A stretch of DNA of 64,000 bases from Eledone cirrhosa (lineage: Eukaryota), in NCBI GenBank assembly GCA_964016885.1, contig OZ024745.1:76942001-77006000 (forward strand), given 5' to 3'. A program made the translations under genes and the position numbers. Below, one piece after another: positions 1 to 12,629 of the stretch (the stretch's first letter is position 1; each line of letters begins with the position of its first letter). The notes under the pieces were generated by a model that searched no databases, was not told where the DNA came from, and saw only the letters and a list, made by a program, of their open reading frames with translations.

Positions 1-249
1 TTGGTAGTGGTATCTTGGTAGTGTTCTCTTGGTAGTTTTCTCTTGGTAGTGTTCTCTTGGTAGTGTTCTCTTGGTAGTGTTCTCTTGGTAGTGGTATCTT
101 GGTAGTGTTCTCTTGGTAGTGTTCTCTTGGTAGTGTTCTCTTGGTAGTGTTCTCTTGGTAGTGTTCTCTTGGTAGTGTTCTCTTGGTAGTGGTCTCTTGG
201 TAGTGTTCTCTTGGTAGTGTTCTCTTGGTAGTGTTCTCTTGGTAGTGTT

Positions 250-3200
250 CTCTTGGTAGTGCTGTCTTGGTATTGGTCTCTTGGTAGTGGTCTCTTGGTA
301 GTGGTGTCTTCGTAATGGTCTCTTGGTAGTGTTTTCTTGGTAGTGGGTTCTTGATAGTGGTCATTTGGTTGTGGTCTCTTGGTAGTGGTCTCTTGGTAGT
401 CGTCTCTTGGTAGTGTTCTCTTGGTAGTGGGTCTACTGGTAGTGTTCTCTTGGTAGTGGAATCTTGGTAGTGGTCTCTTGGTATTGGTCTCTTGGTAGTG
501 GTCTCTTGGTAGTGGTGTCTTCGTAATGGTCTCTTGGTAGTGGTCTCGTGGTAGTGGTCTCTTGGTAGTGGTCTCTTGGTAGTGTTCTCTTGGTAGTGTT
601 CTCTTGGTAGTGGTCTCTTGGTAGTGGTCTCTTGGTAGTGTTCTCTTGGTAGTGTTCTCTTGGTAGTGGTCTCTTGGTAGCTGTCTCTTGATAGTGCTCT
701 CTTGGTAGTGGTCTCTTGGCTGTGGTATCGTGGTAGTGGTCTCTTGGTTGTGGTATCTTGGTAGTGGTATCTTGGTAGTGGTATCTTGATAGTGGTCTCT
801 TGGTAGTGGTGTCTTCGTAATGGTCTCTTGGTAGTGGTCTCTTGGGAGTGGAATCTTGGTAGTGGTCTCTTGGTATTGGTCTCTTGGTAGTGGTCTCTTG
901 GTAGTGGTGTCTTCGTAATGGTCTCTTGGTAGTGGTCTCTTGGTAGTGGTCTCTTGGTAGTGGTCTCTTGGTAGTGTTCTCTTGGTAGTGGAATCTTGGT
1001 AGTGGTCTCTTGGTAGTGGTCTCTTGGTAGTGTTCTCTTGGTAGTGTTCTCTTGGTAGTGGTCTCTTGGTAGCTGTCTCTTGATAGTGCTCTCTTGGGAG
1101 TGGTCTCTTGGTAGTGGTCTCTTGGTAGTGGTCTCTTGGTAGTTGTCTCTTGGTAGTGTTGTCTTGATAGTGGTCACTTGGTAGTGGTCTCTTGGTATTG
1201 GTCTCTTGGTAGTGATCTGTTGGTAGTGGTCTCTTGGTAGTGTTCTCTTGGTAGTGGTCTCTTGGTAGTGTTATCTTGGTAGATGTCTCTTGGTAGTGGT
1301 CACTTGGTAGTGGTGTCGTGGTAGAGGTCTCTTGGTAGTTGTCTCTTGGTAGTGGTGTCTTGGTAGTGGTCTCTTGATAGTGGTCTCTTGGTAGTGTTCT
1401 CTTGGTAGTGGTCTCTGGGTAGTGGTCTCTTGGTAGTGTTCTCTTGGTAGTGGTCTCTTGGTAGTGTTCTCTTGGTAGTGTTCTCTTGGTAGTGGTCTCT
1501 TGGTAGTGGTCTCTTGGTAGTGGTAACTTGGTAGTGGTCATTTGGGAGTGGTCTCATGGTAGTGGTCTCTTGGGAGTGGTCTCTTGGTAGTGTTCTCTTG
1601 GTAGTGGTCTCTTGGTAGTGGTCTCTTGGTAGTGGTCTCTTGGTAGTGGTCTCTTGGTAGCGGTCTCTTGGTAGTGGTCTCTTGGTAGTAATCTATTGGT
1701 AGTGGTTTCATGGTAGTGGTCTCTTGATAGTGTTCTCTTGGTAGTGTTCTCTTGGTAGTGTTCTCTTGGTAGTGGTCTATTGGTAGTGGTATCTTGGTAG
1801 TGGTCTCTTGGTAGTGTTTTCTTGGTAGTGATCTATTGGTTGTGGCCTCTTGGTAGTGGTCTCTTGCTAGTTGTCTATAGGTAGTGGTCTCTTGGTAGTG
1901 GTCTCTTGGTAGTGGTCTCTTTGTAGTGGTCCCTAGGTAGTGGTCTCTTGGTAGTGGTCACTTGGTAGTGTTCTCTTGGTAGTGGTTTCTTGGTAGTGGT
2001 CTCTTGATAGTGGTGTCTTGGTAGTGGCCTCTTGTTAGTGGTCTCTTGGTAGTGGTATCTTGGTAGTGGTCTCTTCGTTGTGTTCTCTTGGTAGTGGGCT
2101 CTTGGTATTGGTCTCTTGGTAGTTATCTGTTGGTAGTGGTCTCTTGGTAGTGTTCTCTTGGTAGTGGTCTCTTGGTAGTGTTATCTTGGTAGATGTCTCT
2201 TGGTAGTGGTCACTTGGTAGTGGTGTCGTGGTAGAGGTCTCTTGGTAGTTGTCTCTTGGTAGTGGTGTCTTGGTAGTGGTCTCTTGGTAGTGTTCTCTTG
2301 GTAGTGGTCTCTGGGTAGTGGTCTCTTGGTAGTGTTCTCTTGGTAGTGGTCTCTTGGTAGTGTTCTCTTGGTAGTGTTCTTTTGTTAGTGTTCTCTTGGT
2401 AGTGGTCTCTTGGTTGTGGTCTCTCGGTAGTGATCTCTTGGTAGTGGTCTCTTGGTAGAGGTAACTTGGTAGTGGTCATTTGGGAGTGGTCTCTTGGTAG
2501 TGGTCTCTTGGGAGTGGTCTCTTGGTAGTGTTCTCTTGGTAGTGGTCTCTTGGTAGTGGTCTCTTGGTAGCGGTCTCTTGCTAGTGGTCTCTTGGTAGTA
2601 ATCTATTGGTAGTGGTCTCTTGGTAGTGGTCTGTTGGTAGTGGTCTCTTAGTAGTGGTCGCTTGGTAGTGGTCTCTTGGTAGTGGTATCATGGTAGTGGT
2701 CTCTTGGTAGTGGTCTCTTGGTAGTGGTCTCTTGGTAGTGTTCTCTTGGTAGTGGTCTCTTGGTAGTGTTCTCTTGGTAGTGTTCTCTTGATAGTGGTCT
2801 CTTTGTAGTGGTCTCTTGGTAGTGGTCTCTTGGTAGTGGTCTCTTGATAGTGGTGTCTTGGTAGTGGCCTCTTGGTAGTGGTCTCTTGGTAGTGGTATCT
2901 TGGTAGTGGTCTCTTGGTAGAGGTGTCTTGGTAGTGGTCTCTTCGTTGTGTTCTCTTGGTAGTGGGCTCTTGGTATTAGTCTCTTGATAGTGGTATCTTG
3001 GTAGTGTTCTCTTGGTAGTGCTGTCTTGGTATTGGTCTCTTGGTAGTGGTCTCTTGGTAGTGGTGTCTTCGTAATGGTCTCTTGGTAGTGTTTTCTTGGT
3101 AGTGGTTTCTTGATAGTGGTCACTTGGTTGTGGTCTCTTGGTAGTGGTCTCTTGGTAGTCGTCTCTTGGTAGTGTTCTCTTGGTAGTGGGTCTACTGGTA

Positions 3201-4700
3201 GTGTTCTCTTGGTAGTGAAATCTTGGTAGTGGTCTCTTGGTATTGGTCTCTTGGTAGTGGTCTCTTGGTAGTGGTGTCTTCGTAATGGTCTCTTGGTAGT
3301 GGTCTCTTGGTAGTGGTCTCTTGGTAGTGGTCTCTTGGTAGTGTTCTCTTGGTAGTGTTCTCTTGGTAGTGGTCTCTTGGTAGTGGTCTCTTGGTAGTGT
3401 TCTCTTGGTAGTGTTCTCTTGGTAGTGGTCTCTTGGTAGCTGTCTCTTGATAGTGCTCTCTTGGTAGTGGTCTCTTGGCTGTGGTATCGTGGTAGTGGTC
3501 TCTTGGTTGTGGTATCTTGGTAGTGGTATCTTGGTAGTGGTATCTTGATAGTGGTCTCTTGGTAGTGGTGTCTTCGTAATGGTCTCTTGGTAGTGGTCTC
3601 TTGGGAGTGGTCTCTTGGTAGTGGTCTCTTGGTAGTGTTCTCTTGGTAGTGGAATCTTGGTAGTGGTCTCTTGGTAGTGGTCTCTTGGTAGTGTTCTCTT
3701 GGTAGTGTTCTCTTGGTAGTGGTCTCTTGGTAGCTGTCTCTTGATAGTGCTCTCTTGGGAGTGGTCTCTTGGTAGTGGTCTCTTGGTAGTGGTCTCTTGG
3801 TAGTTGTCTCTTGGTAGTGTTCTCTTGATAGTGGTCACTTGGTAGTGGTCTCTTGGTATTGGTCTCTTGGTAGTGATCTGTTGGTAGTGGTCTCTTGGTA
3901 GTGTTCTCTTGGTAGTGGTCTCTTGGTAGTGTTATCTTGGTAGATGTCTCTTGGTAGTGGTCACTTGGTAGTGGTGTCGTGGTAGAGGTCTCTTGGTAGT
4001 TGTCTCTTGGTAGTGGTGTCTTGGTAGTGGTCTCTTGATAGTGGTCTCTTGGTAGTGTTCTCTTGGTAGTGGTCTCTTGGTAGTGTTCTCTTGGTAGTGT
4101 TCTCTTGGTAGTGGTAACTTGGTAGTGGTCATTTGGGAGTGGTCTCATGGTAGTGGTCTCTTGGGAGTGGTCTCTTGGTAGTGTTCTCTTGGTAGTGGTC
4201 TCTTGGTAGTGGTCTCTTGGTAGTGGTCTCTTGGTAGTGGTCTCTTGGTAGCGGTCTCTTGGTAGTGGTCTCTTGGTAGTAATCTATTGGTAGTGGTTTC
4301 ATGGTAGTGGTCTCTTGATAGTGTTCTCTTGGTAGTGTTCTCTTGGTAGTGTTCTCTTGGTAGTGGTCTATTGGTAGTGGTATCTTGGTAGTGGTCTCTT
4401 GGTAGTGTTTTCTTGGTAGTGATCTATTGGTTGTGGCCTCTTGGTAGTGGTCTCTTGCTAGTTGTCTATAGGTAGTGGTCCCTTGGTAGTGGTCTCTTGG
4501 TAGTGGTCTCTTTGTAGTGGTCCCTAGGTAGTGGTCTCTTGGTAGTGGTCACTTGGTAGTGTTCTCTTGGTAGTGGTTTCTTGGTAGTGGTCTCTTGATA
4601 GTGGTGTCTTGGTAGTGGCCTCTTGTTAGTGGTCTCTTGGTAGTGGTATCTTGGTAGTGGTCTCTTTGTTGTGTTCTCTTGGTAGTGGGCTCTTGGTATT
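250..4700 (+). repeat. About 2.6-2.76-kb higher-order duplication in the 5' domain
   Basis: GCTGTC at 261 and 3020 (offset 2759 = 197x14 + 1); AATCTATT at 1690 and 4281 (offset 2591 = 185x14 + 1). Both copies share a 15-bp monomer (GTGGGTCTAC) near 430 and 3190. Confidence 0.85.
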
Positions 4701-7024
4701 AGTCTCTTGATTGTGGTATCTTGGTAGTGTTCTCTTGGTAGTGCTCTCTTGGTATTGGTCTCTTGGTAGTGTTCTCTTGGTAGTGGTGTCTTGGTAATGG
4801 TCTCTTGGTAGTGTTTTCTTGGTAGTGGTCTCTTGATAGTGGTCTCTTGGTTGTGGTGTCTTGGTAGTGGTCTCTTGGTAGTGGTCTCTTGGTTGTGGTC
4901 TCTTGGTAGTGGTCTCTTGGTAGTGTTCTCTTGGTAGTGGTATCTTGGTAGTGGTCTCTTGGTAGTGGTCTCTTGGTAGTGTTCTCTTGGTAGTGGTCTC
5001 TTGGTAGTGGTCTCTTGGTAGCTGTCTCTTGATAGTGCTCTCTTGGTAGTGGTCTCTTGGTAGTGGTATCGTGGTAGTGGTCTCTTGGTAGTGGTCTCTT
5101 GGTAGTGGTCTCTTGATAGTGTTCTCTTGGTAGTGGTCTCTTGGTAGTGGTCTCTTGGTAGTGGTCTATTGGTAGTGGTCTATTGGTAGTGGTCTCTTGG
5201 TAGTGGTCTCTTGGTAGTGGTCTCTTGGTAGTGATTTATTGGTTGTGGTCTCTCGGTAGTGGTCTTTTGGTAGTGGTCTCTTGGTAGTGGTCTCTTGGTA
5301 GTGGTCTCTTTGTAGTGGTCCCTAGGTAGTGGTCTCTTGGTAGTGGTCACTTGGTAGTGTTCTCTTGGTAGTGGTCACTTGGTAGTGTTCTCTTGGTAGT
5401 GGTCTCTTGGTAGTGGTCTATTGGTAGTGGTCTATTGGTAGTGGTCTCTTGGTATTGGACTCTTGGTATTGGTCTCTTGGTAGTGATCTGTTGGTAGTGG
5501 TCTATTGGTAGTGTTCTCTTGGTAGTGGTCTCTTTGTAGTGGTCTCTTGGTAGTGGTCTCTTGGTAGTGGTCTCTTGATAGTGGTGTCTTGGTAGTGGCC
5601 TCTTGGTAGTGGTCTCTTGGTAGTGGTAACTTGGTAGTGGTCTCTTGGTAGTGGTCTCTTGGTAGTGGTTTCTTGGTAGTGGTTTCTTGGTAGTGGTCTC
5701 TTGGTAGTGGTCTCTTGGTAATGGTGTCTTGGTAGTGGCTTCTTGATAGTGCTCTCTTGGTAGTGGTCTCTTGGTAGTGGTCTGTTGGTAGTTGTCTCTT
5801 GGTAGTGTTCTCTTGGTAGTGGTATCTTGGTAGTGGTCTATTGGTAGTGGTCTCTTGGTAGTGTTCTCTTGGTAGTGGTCTCTTGGTAGTGGTCTCTTGG
5901 TAGTGTTCTCTTGGTAGTGGTCCCTTGGTAGTGGTCTCTTGGTAGTGGTCCCTTGGTAGTGTTCTCTTGGTAGTGGTCTCTTGGTAGTGGTCCCTTGGTA
6001 GTGGTCTCTTGGTAGTTGTCTACTGGTAGTGGTCTCTTAGTAGTGGTCTCTTGGTAGTGGTCTCTTGGTAGTGGTCTCTTGGTAGTAGTTTCTTGGTAGT
6101 GGTCTCTTGGTAGTGGTCTCTTGGTAATGGTGTCTTGGTAGTGGTCTCTTGATAGTGGTCTCTTGGTAGTGGTCTATTGGTAGTGGTCTGTTGGTAGTGG
6201 TCTCTTGGTAGTGGTGTCTTGGTAGTGGTCTCTTGGTAGTGGTCTTTTGGTAGTGGTCTCTTGGTAGTGGTCTCTTGGTAGTGGTCTCTTGGGAGTGGTC
6301 TCTTGGTAGTGTTCTCTTGGTAAGGGTCTCTTGCTAGTGGTCTCTTTGTAGTGGTCGCTTGGTAGTGGTCTCTTGGTTGTAGTTTCTTGGTAGTGGTCTC
6401 TTGGTAGTGGTCTATTGGTAGTGTTCTCTTGGTAGTGTTCTCTTGGTAGTGGTCTCTTGGTAGTGGTCCCTTGGTAGTGGTCGCTTGGTAGTTGTGTCTT
6501 GGTAGTGGTCTCTTGGTAGTGGTCTTTTGGTAGTGGTCTCTTGGTAGTGGTCTCTTGGTAGTGGCTTCTTGATAGTGCTCTCTTGGTAGTGGTCTCTTGG
6601 TAGTGGTCCCTTGGTAGTGGTCGCTGGATAGTGGTCTATTGGTAGTGGTGTCTTGGTAGTGTTCTCTTGGTAGTGTTCTCTTGGTAGTGTTCTCTTGGTA
6701 GTGGTCTCTTGGTAGTGGTCTCTTGGTAGTCTTCCCTTGGTAGTGGTCTCTTGGTAGTGGTCTATTGGTAGTGGTCTCTGGGTAGTGTTCTCTTGGTAGT
6801 GGTCCCTTTGTAGTGTTCTCTTGGTACTGGTCTCTTGGTAGTGTTCTCTTGGTAGTGGACTCTTGGTAGTGGTCTCTTGGTTGTGTTCTCTTGGTAGTGG
6901 TCTCTTGGTAGCGATCTTTTGGTAGTGGTCTCTTGGTAGTTGTCTCTTGGTAGTGTTCTCTTGGTAGTGGTCTCTTCGTAGTGTTCTCTTGGTAGTGTTC
7001 TCTTGGTAGTGGTCTCTTGGTAGT

Positions 7025-7595
7025 GTTCTCTTGGTAGTCATTTCTTGGTAGTGTTCTCTTGGTAGTGGTATCTTGGTAGTGGTCTCTTGGTAGTGTTCTC
7101 TTGGTAGTGGTCCCTTGGTAGTGTTCTCTTGGTAGTCATATCTTGGTAGTGTTCTCTTGGTAGTGGTCTCTTGATAGTGGTCTATTGGGAGTGGTCTCTT
7201 GATTGTGGTCTCCTGGTTGCGGTTTCTTGGTAGTGGTCTCTTGGTAGTGTCTCTTGGTAGTGGTCTCTTCGTAGTGGTCTCTCGGTATTGGTGTCTTGGT
7301 AGTGGTCTCTTGGTAGTCATCTCTTGGTAGTGTTCTCTTGGTAGTGGTATCTTGGTAGTGGTCTCTTGGTAGTGTTCTCTTGGAAGTGGTCCCTTGGTAG
7401 TGTTCTCTTGGTAGTCATATCTTGGTAGTGTTCTCTTGGTAGTGGTCTCTTGATAGTGGTCTATTGGGAGTGGTCTCTTGATTGTGGTCTCCTGGTTGCG
7501 GTTTCTTGGTAGTGGTCTCTTGGTAGTGTCTCTTGGTAGTGGTCTCTTCGTAGTGGTCTCTCGGTATTGGTGTCTTGGTAGTGGTCTCTTGGTAG
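7025..7595 (+). repeat. 279-bp (20-monomer, -1 bp) tandem duplication
   Basis: GTCATA at 7135 and 7414. Both copies contain the GGGAG/GATTG/GTTGCGGTTTC cassette and a 13-bp monomer. Confidence 0.88.
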
Positions 7596-7709
7596 TCTTC
7601 TCTTGGTAGTGTTCTCTTGGTAGTGGTCTCTTCGTAGTGTTCTCTTGGTAGTGTTCTCTTGGTAGTGTTCTCTTCGCAGTGCTCTCTTGGTAGTGGTCTC
7701 TTGGTAGTG

Positions 7710-9890
7710 GTCTGTTGGTAGTGGTCTCTAGGTAGTGGTCTCTTGGTAGTGGTCTCTTGGTAGTGGTCTCTTGGTAGTGGTCTCTTGGTAGTGGTCTCTT
7801 GATAGTGGTCTATTGGTAGTGGCCTCTTGGTAGTGTTCTCTTGGTAGTGTTCTCTTTGTAGTGGTATCTTGCTAGTGGTCTCATGGTAGTGTTCTCTTGG
7901 TAGTGATCTCTTGGCAGTGGTCCCTTGGTAGTGTTCTCTTGGTAGTGGTCTCTTGGTAGTGGTCCCTTGGTATTGGTCTCTTGGTAGTGGTCTACTGGTA
8001 GTGGTCTCTTAGTAATGGTCTTTTGGTAGTGGTCTCTTGGTAGTGGTCTCTTGGTTGTTGCCTCTTGGTAGTGGTCTCTTGGTAGATGTCTGTTGGTAGT
8101 GGTCTCTTGGTAGTGGTCTCTGGGTAGTGGTTTCTTGGTAGTGGTCTCTTGGTAGTGGTCTATTGGTAGTGGTCTCTTGGTTGTGGTCTCTTGACAGTGG
8201 TCTCTTGGCAGTGGTCTCTTGGTAGTGGTCTCTTGGTAGTGGTCTCTTGGTAGTGGTCTCTTGGTAGTGGTCTCTTGCTGGTGGTCTATTGGTAGTGGTC
8301 TCTTGGTAGTGTTCTCCTGGTAGTGGTCCCTAGGTAGTGTTCTCTTGGTATTGGTCTCTTGGTAGTGTTCTCTTGGTAGTGGTCTCTTGGTAGTGGTCCC
8401 TTGGTAGTGGTCTCTTGGTGGTGGTCTCTTGGTAGTGGTCTCATGGTAGTCGTCTCTTGGTAGTGGTCTCTTGGTAGTGGTCTCTTGGTAGTGGTCTCTT
8501 GGTAGTGGTTTCTAGGTAGTGGTCTCTTGGTAGTGGTCTCTTGGTAATCGTGTCTTGGTAGTAGTCTCTTGGTAGTGGTCTCTTGGTAATCGTGTCTTGG
8601 TAGTGGTCTCTTGATAGTGGTCTCTTGGTAGTGGTCTCTTGGTAGTGGTCTGTTGGTAGTGGTCTCTTGGTAGTTGTCTCTTGGGAGTGTTCTCTTTGTA
8701 ATGCTCTCTTGGTAGTGGTCTCTTGGTAGTGTTCTCTTGGTAGTAGTCTCTTGGCAGTGGTCCCTTGGTAGTGTTCTCTTGGTAGTGGTCCCTTGGTATT
8801 GGTCTCTTGCTAGTGGTCTACTGGTAGTGGTCTCTTAGTAATGGTCTTTTGGTAGTGGTCTGTTGGTAGTGGTCTCTAGGTAGTGGTCTCTTGGTAGTGG
8901 TCTCTTGGTAGTGGTCTCTTGGTAGTGGTCTCTTGGTAGTGGTCTCTTGATAGTGGTCTATTGGTAGTGGCCTCTTGGTAGTGTTCTCTTGGTAGTGTTC
9001 TCTTTGTAGTGGTATCTTGCTAGTGGTCTCATGGTAGTGTTCTCTTGGTAGTGATCTCTTGGCAGTGGTCCCTTGGTAGTGTTCTCTTGGTAGTGGTCTC
9101 TTGGTAGTGGTCCCTTGGTATTGGTCTCTTGGTAGTGGTCTACTGGTAGTGGTCTCTTAGTAATGGTCTTTTGGTAGTGGTCTCTTGGTAGTGGTCTCTT
9201 GGTTGTGGCCTCTTGGTAGTGGTCTCTTGGTAGATGTCTGTTGGTAGTGGTCTCTTGGTAGTGGTCTCTGGGTAGTGGTTTCTTGGTAGTGGTCTCTTGG
9301 TAGTGGTCTATTGGTAGTGGTCTCTTGGTTGTGGTCTCTTGACAGTGGTCTCTTGGCAGTGGTCTCTTGGTAGTGGTCTCTTGGTAGTGGTCTCTTGGTA
9401 GTGGTCTCTTGGTAGTGGTCTCTTGCTGGTGGTCTATTGGTAGTGGTCTCTTGGTAGTGTTCTCCTGGTAGTGGTCCCTAGGTAGTGTTCTCTTGGTATT
9501 GGTCTCTTGGTAGTGTTCTCTTGGTAGTGGTCTCTTGGTAGTGGTCCCTTGGTAGTGGTCTCTTGGTGGTGGTCTCTTGGTAGTGGTCTCATGGTAGTCG
9601 TCTCTTGGTAGTGGTCTCTTGGTAGTGGTCTCTTGGTAGTGGTCTCTTGGTAGTGGTTTCTAGGTAGTGGTCTCTTGGTAGTGGTCTCTTGGTAATCGTG
9701 TCTTGGTAGTAGTCTCTTGGTAGTGGTCTCTTGGTAATCGTGTCTTGGTAGTGGTCTCTTGATAGTGGTCTCTTGGTAGTGGTCTCTTGGTAGTGGTCTG
9801 TTGGTAGTGGTCTCTTGGTAGTTGTCTCTTGGGAGTGTTCTCTTTGTAATGCTCTCTTGGTAGTGGTCTCTTGGTAGTGTTCTCTTGGTA
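7710..9890 (+). repeat. 1,148-bp (82-monomer) higher-order duplication
   Basis: GACAGTGG at 8193 and 9341, with the same run of variants on both sides (GATGTCTG, GCTGGTGG, paired TAATCGTG). Confidence 0.85.
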
Positions 9891-12629
9891 GTGGTCCCTT
9901 GGTATTGGTCTCTTGGTAGTGGTCTACTGGTAGTGGTCTCTTAGTAATGGTCTTTTGGTAGTGGTCTCTTGGTAGTGGTCTCTTGGTTGTGGCCTCTTGG
10001 TAGTGGTCTCTTGGTAGATGTCTGTTGGTAGTGGTCTCTTGGTAGTGGTCTCTTGGTAGTGGTCTCTTGGTAGTGGTCTCTTGGTAGTGGTCTGTTGGTA
10101 GTGGTCTGTTGGTAGTTGTCTCTTTGTAGTGTTCTCTTGGTAGTGGTCTCTTGGTAGTGGTCTCTTGGTAGTGGTTTCTCGGTAGTGGTCTCTTGGTAGT
10201 GGTCTCTTGGTAATGGTGTCTTGGTAGTGGCTTCTTGATAGTGCTCTCTTGGTAGTGGTCTGTTGGTAGTGGTCTGTTGGTAGTTGTCTCTTGGTAGTGT
10301 TCTCTTGGTAGTGTTCTCTTGGTAGTGGTCTCTTGGTAGTGGTCTCTTGGTAGTGGTTTCTCGGTAGTGGTCTCTTGGTAGTGGTCTCTTGGTAATGGTG
10401 TCTTGGTAGTGGCTTCTTGATAGTGCTCTCTTGGTAGTGGTCTGTTGGTAGTGGTCTGTTGGTAGTTGTCTCGTGGTAGTGTTCTCTTGGTAGTGGTCTC
10501 TTGGTAGTGGTCTGTTGGTAGTTGTCTCTTGGTAGTGGTCTCTTGGTAGTGGTATCTTGGTAGTGGTCTATTTGTAGTGGTCTCTTGGTAGTGGTCTGTT
10601 GGTAGTTGTCTCTTGGTAGTGTCTCTTGGTAGTGGTCTCTTGGTAGTAGTCTGTTGGTAGTTGTCTCTTGGTAGTGTTCTCTTGGTAGTGGTCTCTTGGT
10701 AGTGGTCTCTTGGTAGTGGTCTGTTGGTAGTTGTCTCTTGGTAGTGGTCTCTTGGTAGTGGTTTGTTGGTAGTTGTCTCTTGGTAGTGGTCTCTTGGTAG
10801 TGGTATCTTGGTAGTGGTCTGTTGGTAGTTGTCTCTTGGTAGTGGTCTCATGGTAGTGGTATCTTGGTAGTGGTCTATTGGTAGTGGTCTCTTGGTAGTG
10901 TTCTCTTGGTAGTGGTCTCTTGGTAGTGGTCTGTTGGTAGTTGTCTCTTGGTAGTGGTCTCTTGGTAGTGGTATCTTGGTAGTGGTCTATTGGTAGTGGT
11001 CTCTTGGTAGTGTTCTCTTGGTAGTGGTCTCTTGGTAGTGGTCTCTTGGTAGTGTTCTCTTGGTAGTGGTCCCTTGGTAGTGTTCTCTTGGTAGTGGTCT
11101 CTTGGTAGTGGTCCCTTGGTAGTGGTCTCTTGGTAGTGGTCTACTGGTAGTGGTCTCTTAGTAGTGGTCTCTTGGTAGTGGTCTCTTGGTAGTGGTCTCT
11201 TGGTAGTGGTGTCTTGGTTGTGGTCTCTTGGTAGTGGTCTTTTGGTAGTGTTCTCTTGGTAGTGGTCTCTTGGTAGTGGTCTCTTGGGAGTGGTCTCTTG
11301 GTAGTGTTCTCTTGGTAAGGGTCTCTTGGTAGTGGTCTATTGGTAGTGTTCTCTTTGTAGTGTTCTCTTGGTAGTGTTCTCTTTGTAGTGGTCTCTTGCT
11401 AGTGTTCTCTTGGTAGTGGTCTCTTGGTAGTGGTCTCTAGGTAGTGGTCTCTGGGTAGTGTTCTCTTGGTAGTGGTTTCTTGGTAGTGGTCTATTGGTAG
11501 TGGTCTCTGGGTAGTGTTCTCTTGGTAGTGGTCCCTTTGTAGTGTTCTCTTGGTACTGGTCTCTTGGTAGTGTTCTCTTGGTAGTGGTCTCTTGGTAGTA
11601 GTCTCTTGGTTGTGTTCTCTTGGTAGTGGTCTCTTGGTAGCGATCTTTTGGTAGTGGTCTCTTGGTAGTTGTCTCTTGGTAGTGTTCTCTTGGTAGTGGT
11701 CTCATGGTAGTCGTCTCTTGGTAGTGGTCTCTTGGTAGTGGTCTATTGGTAGTGGTCTATTGGTAGTGGTCTCTTGGTAGTGGTCTCTTGGTAGTGGTCT
11801 ATTGGTAACGATCTTTTGGTAGTGGTCTCTTGGTAGTGGTCTCTTGGTAGTGTTCTCTTGGTAATGGTTTCTTGGTTGTGTTCTGTTGGTAGTGGTCTCT
11901 TGGTAGTGGTCCTTTGGTAGTGGTCTCTTGGTAGTGGTCTCTTGGTAGTGGTCTCTTGGTAGTTGTCTATTGGTAGTGGTCTTTTGGTAGTGGTCTCTTG
12001 GTAGTGGTCTCTTGGTAGTGTTCTCTTGGTAGTGGTCTCTTGGTAGTGGTCTCTTGTTAGTGGTCTCTTAACAAGGGGTCTCTTGGTAGTGTTCTCTTGG
12101 TAGTGTTCTCTTGGTAGTGGTCTCCTGGTAGTGGTCTCTTGGTAGTGGTTTCTCGGTAGTGGTCTCTTGGTAGTGGTCTCTTGGTAATGGTGTCTTGGTA
12201 GTGGCTTCTTGATAGTGCTCTCTTGGTAGTGGTCTGTTGGTAGTGGTCTGTTGGTAGTTGTCTCGTGGTAGTGTTCTCTTGGTAGTGGTCTCTTGGTAGT
12301 GGTCTGTTGGTAGTTGTCTCTTGGTAGTGGTCTCTTGGTAGTGGTATCTTGGTAGTGGTCTATTGGTAGTGGTCTCTTGGTAGTGGTCTGTTGGTAGTTG
12401 TCTCTTGGTAGTGGTCTCTTGGTAGTGGTCTCTTGGTAGTGGTCTGTTGGTAGTTGTCTCTTGGTAGTGTTCTCTTGGTAGTGGTCTCTTGGTAGTGGTC
12501 TCTTGGTAGTGGTCTCTTGGTAGTTGTCTCTTGGTAGTGGTCTCTTGGTAGTGGTCTGTTGGTAGTTGTCTCTTGGTAGTTGTCTCTTGGTATTGGTATC
12601 TTGGTAGTGGTCTGTTGGTAGTTGTCTCT

